This document shows, piece after piece, positions 53,431 to 64,000 of a stretch of 64,000 nucleotides of DNA. Origin of the DNA: Macrostomum lignano. Lineage: Eukaryota. Location of the stretch: contig NIVC01002740.1 of the NCBI GenBank assembly GCA_002269645.1, forward strand, positions 1 to 64,000, written 5' to 3'. The notes beneath the pieces were generated by a model, which ran no database searches, was not told the origin of the DNA, and saw only the letters and a program-made list of their open reading frames with translations. Each line of letters starts with the position of its first letter. Position 1 is the first letter of the stretch. The translations under genes and the position numbers were made by a program.

Positions 53431-55371
53431 TATGTCCTAATTAAGAGTCTCACTATAAAGATAAATGAGCCTTAACGTGGGCTAGATACTTATAATTGTC
53501 AATCGTTAAAACAAAGCTTTAAAACTATAACATTTATAATTGTTGGTGTGGTGTAGACTAAAGTTTAGATGATTGCCTGTTAATGAGTGATAGGTTAAAC
53601 TATTGTTGTCATTGTATATTTAATATGGGAAAATGTCCACTGTGTCCTCCTCTCCTAGGAAACAATCAAGATTATGCAAGACAAAAATAACCTGCTCGAT
53701 AAAATTGGCACTTGCCATGGCCATTCATTCCTCCATCTACTATTTGCAAGCATTGAACAATGTATCCCTTATATATTTGCGAGTATTTGAACTCCTGAAC
53801 TGAAGTTGTGACGAATTCTCGGTTGAATTGCTTATTTGGTAAGAGTTTTCTTTTTCTTGAAAATAAAATGAGGATTTTTAATTACCTGATCCAAGCATAG
53901 TTTACTGTTCCTCATCACTATATCTGGATTCTGGATTGGTTAAGTACATGGGTTATTTTTCTCTAATCTTTACAGAGTCACTTTATACCTCAATTTTCGA
54001 AAATTTGTTGCGAAGTGTTCTCTGAAAGCAGAAAATTTTATTCCTGTTACCTATGCTATTTTTTTTGTTTAGTATCTGAATGTGTGATTTAAATCCGCAT
54101 TCACAAATATATTCAGTAGTTACTCTCAGCCTCTTGAAGTATTTTATTTGATTATATAAATTTAGGCACGGACTAGGAGGTCTGGCGAGTCAGTAAAGCT
54201 GTCGTGTTCTGCATCAGTTAATTCTTCAATTTATGAGTTTGTCAGGCCTCTCAACTATTAGCTTGGATAATACCTGCGCACATGGCAATAAGAAAAGAAA
54301 TTGCTATTTTAATAATAATTTCCTAATTTCCGTCTTAATTTTCAACTGAGTTTTATTCTCAACTTTCCTGTCTTCAGTCTGACATTAGATAATAAAACAG
54401 CATATTATAACTAATTGAATTATTTTAAAATCTATGCATAAATATTCATAGTATAGTTCGTAAATATAAATTTAGTTTGATTTGTTCGCTTTTAATCTTT
54501 TTAGCTCGTAGTTCACGCGCGGTTGAGACTCTTGTGTGTTATCACCTGTCAAAATTGACTGTTGATTTTGACATTGTTAAAGACGTTCTTTGATTTTTTA
54601 AATAAGATTATACACAAGGTGTAGGTTAGTGACCTACCGCATATTTTTTCAAGATGCTGAAAAGTCCTAACTAGGGTAATGCTGGCTAGATAACGATGAT
54701 TGTGGGGAATGCTGGCTGGGGAATAAATGTTAATCTGTGCAGTTTTACAATTCATGAAGTTAAATGTAAATTTATTAGTGCTTTGAGCGTACCAGCGCAA
54801 GAAATTACATTTACATGTAACTTTAATTGCTTTCTATACATGTACAAACACAACACAATTTTGAAAGCCTTAGTTTAAGTTAGTGTATTTTCTCAAAAAA
54901 GCTGCAGGTCAGATTCATATACTTTGTAGTAGGCATCGTTCTCAGAGGCGGAACCAATATAACACGACAAAAGATGTACAGAAGCAGCAACTTTTTTATT
55001 CGAATGTAGATTTAAACGATATTTCAGAATCAATCCTCGAGTTATATTTATGTTAAACGGCGTTACACTTGTCTTAATTGCTTAAGAGCTTTGCGTTTTT
55101 TACGGTTCTTATACGTTCGTATTATAACAAGCAAAACTAATTCAAAGTCAACCCGCCAAATTATAGAAGAATGGGTGCATTTTTCTTGCTCCATCAAACA
55201 TTATAAAGACTAGCCTAAAACTTTTTTGGTATCTAGGCACTCTTTATTTTGCGATGGAATTGTTTTTTAACAGCTATAATTCATAAGCATTTTATCGTAT
55301 CGTATCGTTATACCTATGATACCCACTTTGCTTTTGGGTGCTTTTAATTCTTTCTTCCTAGTAGAAGTGGA

Positions 55372-56830
55372 ATGGCTGGCACTGGGTAAGATTTATTAAA
55401 GATATCGGAATACGAATTCCATTTTCTCTGCTTTACCAAAACTGTTTTATTGCTTTTCTAAGCAAGCAATGTACAAATTAACATATTGTTTACAGATTAC
55501 AGTACATTCAGTACAGTGTAGTTATTGAGTTACATAAAAGTAGAAAGAAAATAATATTTGATGAATTAAATAATTGATTTATTAGTATTATTTATAAATT
55601 CTAATTGGAGAATTAAGTTTCTTTGATGTATGAAAAAACAGTTTAGAGAAAAAAAAATTTTTGTTAAATTTGTATTTTATAATCTTCTTTTGCAGATAGC
55701 ATAGGCCTCACCAAAATTTTTACTGATGAATAATTATTTTATCTCTAATTATTCTATAAAGTTCTCTAAAAATTAATTTTAATTCATCTTTAAAAAAAGA
55801 AGAATGATTTCTAGCCTATTTTTCATTATAAATTGTTTTATTATTTGAAATTTCTGTTGCTCATCTGAACTTTCCTAATATATATATTCTATCAATCTTG
55901 TACTTTGAGTTTTGTTTAGCGGATTATTTTTCGTTAATTTTTAACCTAAATAAAAATTTATTGAAATTGTCACAGTGTAGTTTATGGCTATATCCAAAAA
56001 TTCAGTTTATCTTGGAACTTAGAAAATTCTAATAAATGTTTCAAAGCATGTAACATCGACTGCATTCACCATCCCACCCTAGTGCGCCCACCAAAGAATA
56101 CGTGGACAAGACCATCCCAGAGCAGGACAAGCTGCACTCCAATCTGTTCCAGTCATTCGTTGCCTACACCAGACGCACCAGTAAGCAGCGAGACAATGCC
56201 GAAGCCATCGCCGCCACCCTGGGCGCCTGCGCCAGCTCTGAAAAGCACGAGAAAACTACAAAACTGGCGCTGACGCAAGCGGCTACCATTCTGGCGAATG
56301 TTGAAGAATACCGGGACAGTCACGTGCGCAACCTGGAGGATCACGTGCTGTACGAGCTGGCCAGGTTTGGCAATCAGCACAGAGGCTCGCAGGTGAGGCT
56401 TGTCTATAGTACATTTTATAAAGTACTTCATTTACTTAATGTGCTTGTCCCACACAGTCCCCACCACACCAACATCACCCACGCCTAGACCGACCTGCGG
56501 AAGTCATTCGGCCAGAGCCAGCGCTCTCGGACACGCAAGGCAGCCTCGGCCGGGTCGGAGGGCCAGCGGCAGCAGTTCAGCCGGCAGCTGCTCGAGTTCG
56601 AGACCCGCCGAGTGACAGGCCTGCGCTCTGTGCTGGTCAACTATGTTTTCAGCGAGCTGGCCTGGCATTTGAAAGCTGCCGAGTTGTATTCGAACGCTTT
56701 TAAAGCGCTGCAGACCATCGACGAGACCGGGGATGTTGAAGAGTTTCGACGGTCGCTGCAGCTGCCGAGGGACGGCGCCGGTGCAGAGAAACTCGACAAG
56801 CACAGGCAGCATTCAAGCACGCTCTCCTGA
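55372..56830 (+). CDS. FAM92: FAM92/CIBAR-like BAR-domain protein; exons 55372-55385, 56083-56392 and 56489-56830
   Basis: FVAYTRRTSKQRDNAE...VEEYRDSHVRNLE..V and FE...V..LRSVL.NY...EL.WHLKA.ELYS.AF..LQTIDE..DVEEFRRSL match FAM92 as recalled. Splice phases are compatible (2, 0). The first mini-exon is less certain. Confidence 0.78.
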
Positions 56831-56959
56831 GCAGCTCAGATCTTGACTGGGGGCTTTCTTAGAAAACAACTGATTGGCTGTCTTCTTTATTGTGCTTCTT
56901 CTTCGTTTCTCATTGGCTGTCATTCAGTCCCTATCCCCCTTTCCTCACTTCTGTCATCT

Positions 56960-57170
56960 GATTGGCTGATGCTATCTCTCAGAATCTGATTGGCTGCCAC
57001 TCCGCTGACTCCTATCCCGTCTGTGTAATCCTATTGGCTGATGCTATATCTCGGACTCTGATTGGCTGCCATTCCGCCTACCCCTATCCCGTCTATGTAA
57101 CCCTATTGGCTGATAATGTCTCTCGGATTCTGATTGGCTGCCATTCCGCTGACTCCTGTCCCGTCTTTCT
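56960..57170 (+). repeat. 72-bp tandem repeat (three copies) rich in ATTGGCTG (CCAAT) motifs
   Basis: ATTGGCTGAT recurs at 56961, 57033 and 57105. Confidence 0.85.
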
Positions 57171-57179
57171 GTGCGATAT

Positions 57180-57870
57180 TTTTCGCTCTTATTCTCATTG
57201 GCTGTGGGCACCTGGACATCGTCAGTTGTGATCTATTTTTGCTCCGAGCCTTACTACATGCAAGTAATTTCTCGCGGTAAAATTTAAAGTTTTCTGTCCC
57301 TCACATTCTACTTAGCAGGCGTGAAGTTCTTTGAACTATTTTTATTGCTTAAATTATTAAATTTAGTTGTAAAAAGCACTCTATCTTTTTATCTTTCCAA
57401 CTCAGTCTAGTCAGAATTTATTTTTATCTTCAGTCTTGTTTCTATTTGCTATAGCCTTGTTTAAAATCTTTAGCTTTTTCTGCAATATTTTATTAGCCAA
57501 TGCGTTATCAATTATTCATTTTCGGCGTCCTTCTGTGATCCAATTAATTGATATTTTTTGCTCTCATTCTCATTGGCTGTGGGCAGCTGGGTTATTCCTC
57601 AGTTGCGATCTCCGTGCCTTTTCTAGGTGGCGTGTTGTCCAGATTTCTATTGTCTCTTTACTTCTACGAGTAGGTAGCAGTTGTGAGGTTTGTTGAGTCC
57701 ATTGTAATTGTAAATCGCGGATGCGCTCTATCTGTTTATTTTTACAACCCTAGTCAAGTCTAGTCAGAAAAGACTTCTATCATCAGTTCTGATCCTATTT
57801 GTTATAGCCTTGTTAAAAATTGTAGTCTTTTTTCTGCAACATTTTTATTAGCAAATGCTTTCTCGATTTT
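57180..57870 (+). repeat. Diverged tandem duplication of a ~340-390 bp segment
   Basis: CTCATTGGCTGTGGGCA and TCTAGTCAGAA...TATAGCCTTGTT...CTGCAA each occur twice in the same order. Confidence 0.65.
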
Positions 57871-58301
57871 ATTTTTGTTTTATGTATAAAATGCGCACAA
57901 ACTACTACTGCATCTTATTAGAGTTTTGTCTGCAATATATTTTTCAACTATAAATTTAAAGTTTTGAGAAAATTGCATCAATATTCGACCTTCAATAGAC
58001 TGAAAATTTGAATTGGTCTTAAACCTTTTAACAAGTTTTTTCATTAAACTTTATTTATATTCGAATGGACTGTTTAATCTAGTTGATTTTTACGTCAATA
58101 AAATATCCATGGACTGCTGCAATAGAAAGACGCCAGAATGCATTCCCCAGCATATCATTTCCATGAAAATCCACTGTAACGTCCTCCTGCTTCAGTTTTC
58201 CGTGAGAAGAATACAATGGATTGCTAATCTAACCAATTTGGAGTAATGCAATGAATTCAGCAATTTGTTAAAAGTAAAACAAAGCCAGACATCAGTGCCA
58301 T

Positions 58302-58929
58302 GCACCCAGTGTCTATGGCCAGTAGCAGTGAAGCAAATGCACCCAGTGTCTATGGCCAGTAGCAGTGAAGCAAATGCACCCAGTGTCTATGGCCAGTAGC
58401 AGTGAAGCAAATGCACCCAGTGTCTATGGCCAGTAGCAGTGAAGCAAATGCACCCAGTGTCTATGGCCAGTAGCAGTGAAGCAAATGCACCCAGTGTCTA
58501 TGGCCAGTAGCAGTGAAGCAAATGCACCCAGTGTCTATGGCCAGTAGCAGTGAAGCAAATGCACCCAGTGTCTATGGCCAGTAGCAGTGAAGCAAATGCA
58601 CCCAGTGTCTATGGCCAGTAGCAGTGAAGCAAATGCACCCAGTGTCTATGGCCAGTAGCAGTGAAGCAAATGCACCCAGTGTCTATGGCCAGTAGCAGTG
58701 AAGCAAATGCACCCAGTGTCTATGGCCAGTAGCAGTGAAGCAAATGCACCCAGTGTCTATGGCCAGTAGCAGTGAAGCAAATGCACCCAGTGTCTATGGC
58801 CAGTAGCAGTGAAGCAAATGCACCCAGTGTCTATGGCCAGTAGCAGTGAAGCAAATGCACTCAGTGTCTATGGCCAGTAGCAGTGAAGCAAATGCACCCA
58901 GTGTCTATGGCCAGTAGCAGTGAAGCAAA
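58302..58929 (+). repeat. 37-bp minisatellite (GCACCCAGTGTCTATGGCCAGTAGCAGTGAAGCAAAT), about 17 copies
   Basis: Near-perfect tandem units. Confidence 0.97.
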
Positions 58930-59031
58930 CCAGATCTCTACGCCAAAAATAGACATACATGCACCCTCACTGCCAGCTGCCTGCAGAAAAATATTCATGC
59001 AAAGTTAGTGATTTTACCGGCTCTCGAATCC

Positions 59032-59423
59032 ATGGTCACTTGTCGATTGTCCAGGCTCAGCGTCTCCCTGACTCTGCTGCTGCTCATACTCTGTGGAAGC
59101 TCGCAACACAACTGCTGCTACGCCTTCGAGTTCAGTAAGGTGCATTTTTGATTGATGGAATACCTGTGCATGTAAATTGAGATTAAGTGCCGTCCTTACA
59201 GACACTAAGACAGATCCAGACAGACGGACGGACAGACAGACATCCAGACAGACAGACAGACGGACAGACAGACATCCAGACAGACAGACAGACGGACAGA
59301 CAGACAGACTGACTGACAGACACTAAGACAGACAGGCAGGCAGACAGACGGACAGACAGACTAAGGCAGACAGAAAGACAGACAGACAGGCAGATAGACA
59401 GACAGACAGACAGACACTAAGAC

Positions 59424-59481
<58 letters not shown>

Positions 59482-61660
59482 TGACTGACTGACAGACACT
59501 AAGACAGACAGACAGGCAGGCAGATAGACAGACAGACAGACAGAATTACAGACAGACAGCCAGTCATCCTAATCCGCACTGCAGGCACGGCCCTGACCCC
59601 ATTCCGCTGGGCCTGGTCTGGCGTCAAAACGGCCGCTTCCGGCGTGAAAACCGCGGCTTCTGGTGTGAAATCGGCCGCTTCCGGAGTGAAAACCGTGGTG
59701 AGCGGGGCGGCTGGCCTGACTCAGTCCGCGTACCGACTCGTCAGGCCCACCGGCTCGCCTGCGTCAGACGGCAGCAGCTCGCCAGCCGAAGCGCAGAAGA
59801 GCGGCCACAAACCTCTGGGCTGCTTCGAGGACATCCCGGATAAAACATCGAAGCTGTTTCAGCAGGGTGAATCTGCAGATTTGTTTCTCCTATTGGTTTT
59901 ACCTGTACTGTACCTGCTGCAGATTACATGCAAGTGTCACGTTATTTGATGTTGGCCGTGACCCTTAAAAGGGCCGTTTTAGTCCCAAAATAAGTTGAAG
60001 TCAACTCAGGCGAAGTGGATGGTGTAGCGGAGCACTTGGCGATAAAGGCAGGAACTGCCGTAGTTGTCTTTATTGTTAATATCAGTATTAAGTTTGGTTG
60101 TTACTGACAATAAACAGACTATAGCTTTCTGGGCACTGGCGGCTGCAACAATGGGTTGAATATAATTTGGATATGAAGTCAAGTGGCAGGCGAATGACAC
60201 AATGGCGATGTGACGTGAGCAGAGGCTATGAGCACAGTGAAGGCAGTGAAACGTAGTGGCGAGTTTGGCGTCGGTCGTGGCGTGAGACAGTCAAGTAAGT
60301 GTGTGAGCAGGCTGGCCCAGGCAGAGGGGCCGTGGTGAGAAATAAGGAGGCTCGAGGCAGCCAGACAAACAGATAAGACAGCTTAGAGGCAGCAGGGAAG
60401 AAAACCAAGAGAGGAGAGCCGCCGCCAGGCGGGGGGGGGGTTTAATAAAAGAGCGCAGAGGGGGGTAGCGCGAGCACGAGTGATTTCATTGGCTGGCGAG
60501 AGAACTTAAAATTATCGATCGTGCCAATTTTATACGGTCGCGAGAGAGGATAGCAAAATATACAGTGAATTAGAAACTGCCACAAAATCGTTGGGCACTA
60601 CTACAAGTAAACGTCGCAATAAACAAATGGAAAAGTTTAGTTGAAACGGTGAAACTGAAGGGTTGAATGACTATGGAGAACAGCAGTCCAACGGCCCTTT
60701 TCGGGACCACCTTAAACTGACAACGTCACACAAGAACATTTTGGTGAATGACCGTTTTGTTGAATGACCGTTTTGTTGAATGACCGTTTTGTGGAATGAC
60801 CGTTTTGTGGAATGACCGTTTTGTGGAATGACCGTTTTGTTGAATGACTGTTTTGTTGAATGACCGTTTTGTTGAATTACCGTTTTGTTGAATGACCGTT
60901 TTGGTGAATAATCATTTTGGTGAAGGACCGTTTTGGTTATTTGACCCTTTTTGGTAAATGGCCAGATGTGCAACCGACAGCTCAGCCGCAGCTATTGCGC
61001 GGCGCATCTGAAGGCTGCGTACGGCTGTTGAGTCCAAGGACTGGGAGGGGGGGGGGTCGCCACACACCCTCAATTACCCCAGCTAATGCTGGCACCCATT
61101 TTACGACTGGGTGAACTGAAGCAATGAGAGTTAAGTGTCTTGCTCAAGGACACAAATTGTTCCAGTGAGATCGGGAATCGAACCCCCGACCTTCAAATCG
61201 TGAGTCCGACGCTCTGACCTCTAGGCTAAAACCTTCTTGACATTTACAGGGCACGTGCGTAACATGTCATCTGCATGTAGAACATGCTATCTAAGAAACG
61301 AAGATAAAAAATTGATAATTTCAACTTTTTGATCTTTTTTGTTGAAACCCAATTGAAAGTGCCATTAGTCCTGTAGATTAATTGTTTTTAATCATTAATT
61401 TTCTGACAGGCGGCTCCGGTCGTAGGATGAACAAAGCAAAGTGCAGCTCAAAGTGCGCCGAACTTGACACCGAATTATTCGGCCTTCGTTCGAGTCCGAC
61501 AGAGCGCGGCATAGTGGAGTGCTGGTGCGGGCACAGCTTCACCAGGCTGCCCAGCTCGTCAGAATTCAACTGCGCTAATCGCTGCCCGGACGAGGAGGCG
61601 CAGGCCAAGGAGCCGTGCGGTGGTCTCGGCTACGTGTCCGTGTACGAGAGAGCGTCGTGA
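59032..61660 (+). CDS. Secreted WSC-domain protein; exons 59032-59134, 59585-59866 and 61410-61660 (~211 aa)
   Basis: Signal peptide (LSVSLTLLLLILCG), SGVK(T/S)AA repeats, then a WSC pattern LGCFED...M....C...C......FG......CWCG.....C...CP.....CGG..YVSVY. Phases 1 and 1 are compatible; total 636 nt. Confidence 0.82.
59205..59560 (+). repeat. Degenerate (GACA)n microsatellite
   Basis: Direct reading. Confidence 0.92.
59935..60730 (-). mobile_element. Solo LTR, Gypsy/Ty3-type (copy 2), in WSC gene intron 2
   Basis: Termini TGTCACGTT...AACGTCACA, 4-bp TSD CAAG (59931-59934 and 60731-60734); homologous to 20098-20928. Confidence 0.85.
60745..60930 (+). repeat. 16-bp minisatellite (TGAATGACCGTTTTGT)
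   Basis: Direct reading. Confidence 0.9.
60960..61233 (-). mobile_element. tRNA-derived CORE-type SINE, copy B
   Basis: Reverse-complement homologue of 39838-40110 with an intact A-box-like TAGCCTAGAGG, a B box and CORE-like GTGTCCTTGAGCAAGACACTTAAC. Confidence 0.82.
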
Positions 61661-63055
61661 GGACTGCAGCGATGCTGACTGAAGATTGTGCAGTCACTAT
61701 AATTACTCCTGCATTCCCAGAGTTGCATGTACTTTACTGCACAAGTACATGTAAAACAGCTGTAGCAGTTGGGACGACTTCTTGCTGTGCATTTTCCTTT
61801 TTATGTTAAGCAACTCTAACAGTGCACAGGTGTACAGTGTAGGCATAGGGTACGCGCATTAATATTTGCATATCATTTTACTAACCCGCATACGTACAGT
61901 GTGCGTGTATTGAAATGCTCATTCATATATGGGTTTTAGGAAATAAACGTGTACAACTTCTCACGAAGAATTTGCTCGGTGTATAGAAGGCTGCATGCAT
62001 TAGAAAGCATATCTTACAGAGTATTTAATTCAAGTGAGCATCAAGTGATGGTTAAAGGTATGTAAAAAGCAACCATAAAGCCAGCAGTGCCTTCGCGCGA
62101 TAATTCTACTGAATGGCTCAGTCTCAGTAGCATGTGCCGCATGGAAATTTAAAAAATATTTATTTAAACAAAACTAGATTGACGATACTTTTTATAGACT
62201 GAATAGAGAAAAAAAGCAATTTATTTTTTCGTTAAAATTATTATTTTTTGAAGTTCTTCCTTAACAGCGAGTTTATAACTTTATAAAATTGTGTACATTC
62301 TCGATTGACCATTTCAACACCGATATAAAGTAATAGAATATAATGGCATTAATGCTTACTTTTTTACTTTGATAATTTTGATAAAAAGTTACTGATTTAC
62401 ACCTCTAAACGAAAGATCATCTTTTGTATGCATTAAAGTATGATGGATTTGTTACAACCTGATATCATAATTTTTGTTGCTGAAAACTAAATATGCTAAA
62501 CCTGAAAACCGGTGTCCTCAAAAGCCAAAACTCAGTAGCTAAACGCAAAATTTTTATATTTTAATTACTATAATACTATTTCATGTATTTTATTGCCATT
62601 TTAATTGATTTTATTTGTTATGGTTACTTTCTTGTGTGCTCTGATGATCAGTCAGTTCAAAGTGTTTTTGACAGTTTGGAAGCTGCTATTCAAATTGCAA
62701 TTTAACTAGTTGTATACATAGCTAAGCTAGATAATTTAAAATCCCACAACAAATTTGAAGCAAACATTTTTATATATGACTGTTATCTTAAAATAACTTT
62801 TTATTTTAAATTTTTCTATATGTAATAATTAAAATCCAAATATACTAAATCTCTAAGATTTGTATGCTTGAATGCTTGTCCGTAATCTAAATATACTAAA
62901 TCTCTGAGGTTTGTATGCTTGAATGAATGCTTGCTTGTCCATAACGCTCTAGTAGTTCACTAAATTCCTTATGAAATCTATAATATATTCCCTTCAGAGA
63001 CACTGACAATAAAATTATCCAAAATAACCTGCTAACACAACATTCCAGACCTAGA

Positions 63056-63459
63056 ATGACGGTATTGGGAGAAGACAGCTCAACTGGGGAGCCAGAGCAG
63101 CAGCAGGAGCAGCAACAATATTATAATAAATTCAATGGCCAGTATGAGCCAAAAGAGATTCTTGGCCGGTAAGTAGACAGCTGTTTTCTATTTCTAGAAA
63201 TCAGTTTTTCATAATGCAGACTCATTTCTGCCCGAATCCGGTTGCACAGCGGTCTCAGCAGTGTGGTCCGTCGGTGCCAGGAGCGCGCCACCAACAACTC
63301 CTTCGCTGTGAAGATCATCGACCTCAACAACCTGAATACCGACCGTCAGGAGGTTATCAGAGAGTTGAAAATCCTGCGAACGGTGCAGGGTCACCCCAGC
63401 ATCATCCGCCTGCACGACAACTTTGAGACGGAGGCCTACATCTTTTTCGTTTTTGAAAT
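63056..63459 (+). CDS. PHKG: Phosphorylase b kinase gamma catalytic subunit, first two coding exons (63056-63168 and 63250-63459); the gene continues beyond the window
   Basis: YEPKEILGR|GLSSVVRRC...FAVKIID...E..IL..V.GHPSII.L.D.FET.AYIF.VFE; 81-bp phase-2 GT-AG intron. Confidence 0.92.
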
Positions 63460-63489
63460 GTGAGCACTTTGTAAACAATATCTCATCTA

Positions 63490-63995
63490 GTCAGGAGTCA
63501 CCCAATTCTAGTCAGGGGTCACCCAATTCTAGTCAGGGTCACCCAATTCTTATTCTAGTCATGGGTCACCCAATTCTAGTCATGCGTCACCCAGTTCTCA
63601 TGGGTTTGCCCAATTCTAGTCGTGGGTCACCGAATTCTAGTCGTGGGTCACCGAATTCTAGTCGTGGGTCACCGAATTCTAGTCGTGGGTCACCGAATTC
63701 TAGTCGTGGGTCACCGAATTCTAGTCGTGGGTCACCGAATTCTAGTCGTGGGTCACCGAATTCTAGTCGTGGGTCACCGAATTCTAGTCGTGGGTCACCG
63801 AATTCTAGTCGTGGGTCACCGAATTCTAGTCGTGGGTCACCGAATTCTAGTCGTGGGTCACCGAATTCTAGTCGTGGGTCACCGAATTCTAGTCGTGGGT
63901 CACCGAATTCTAGTCGTGGGTCACCGAATTCTAGTCGTGGGTCACCGAATTCTAGTCGTGGGTCACCGAATTCTAGTCAGAGGTCACCCAATTCT
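63490..63995 (+). repeat. 21-bp intronic minisatellite (GTCACCGAATTCTAGTCGTGG)
   Basis: Near-perfect tandem units. Confidence 0.96.
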
Positions 63996-64000
63996 ATTCA

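Overview
Eukaryotic (animal) genomic DNA. The GT-AG introns packed with 18-24 bp minisatellites suggest a flatworm such as Macrostomum, which is an inference only. The first ~12 kb is a ~7 kb (TATC)n array carrying two insertions. One is a decayed Penelope-like retroelement (upstream coiled-coil and SGNH-like region, RT, GIY-YIG) ending in a minimal type I hammerhead ribozyme. The other is a separate ~150 bp hammerhead-only unit with compensatory stem changes and the same 3' junction. Seven spliced genes follow, all on the + strand: an RGK-family small GTPase (5' exon missing from the window), a frameshifted GT32 glycosyltransferase, a 7-exon syndecan-like membrane protein with thyroglobulin-1 and SEA domains, V-ATPase subunit c, a FAM92/CIBAR BAR protein, a secreted WSC-domain protein, and the start of phosphorylase kinase gamma. 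Other mobile DNA includes two Gypsy-type solo LTRs with 4-bp TSDs, two CORE-type SINEs, a LOA/R1-like LINE nested antisense inside another, and several MITEs. All gene models were assembled by eye from splice signals and frame continuity; no database searches were run.
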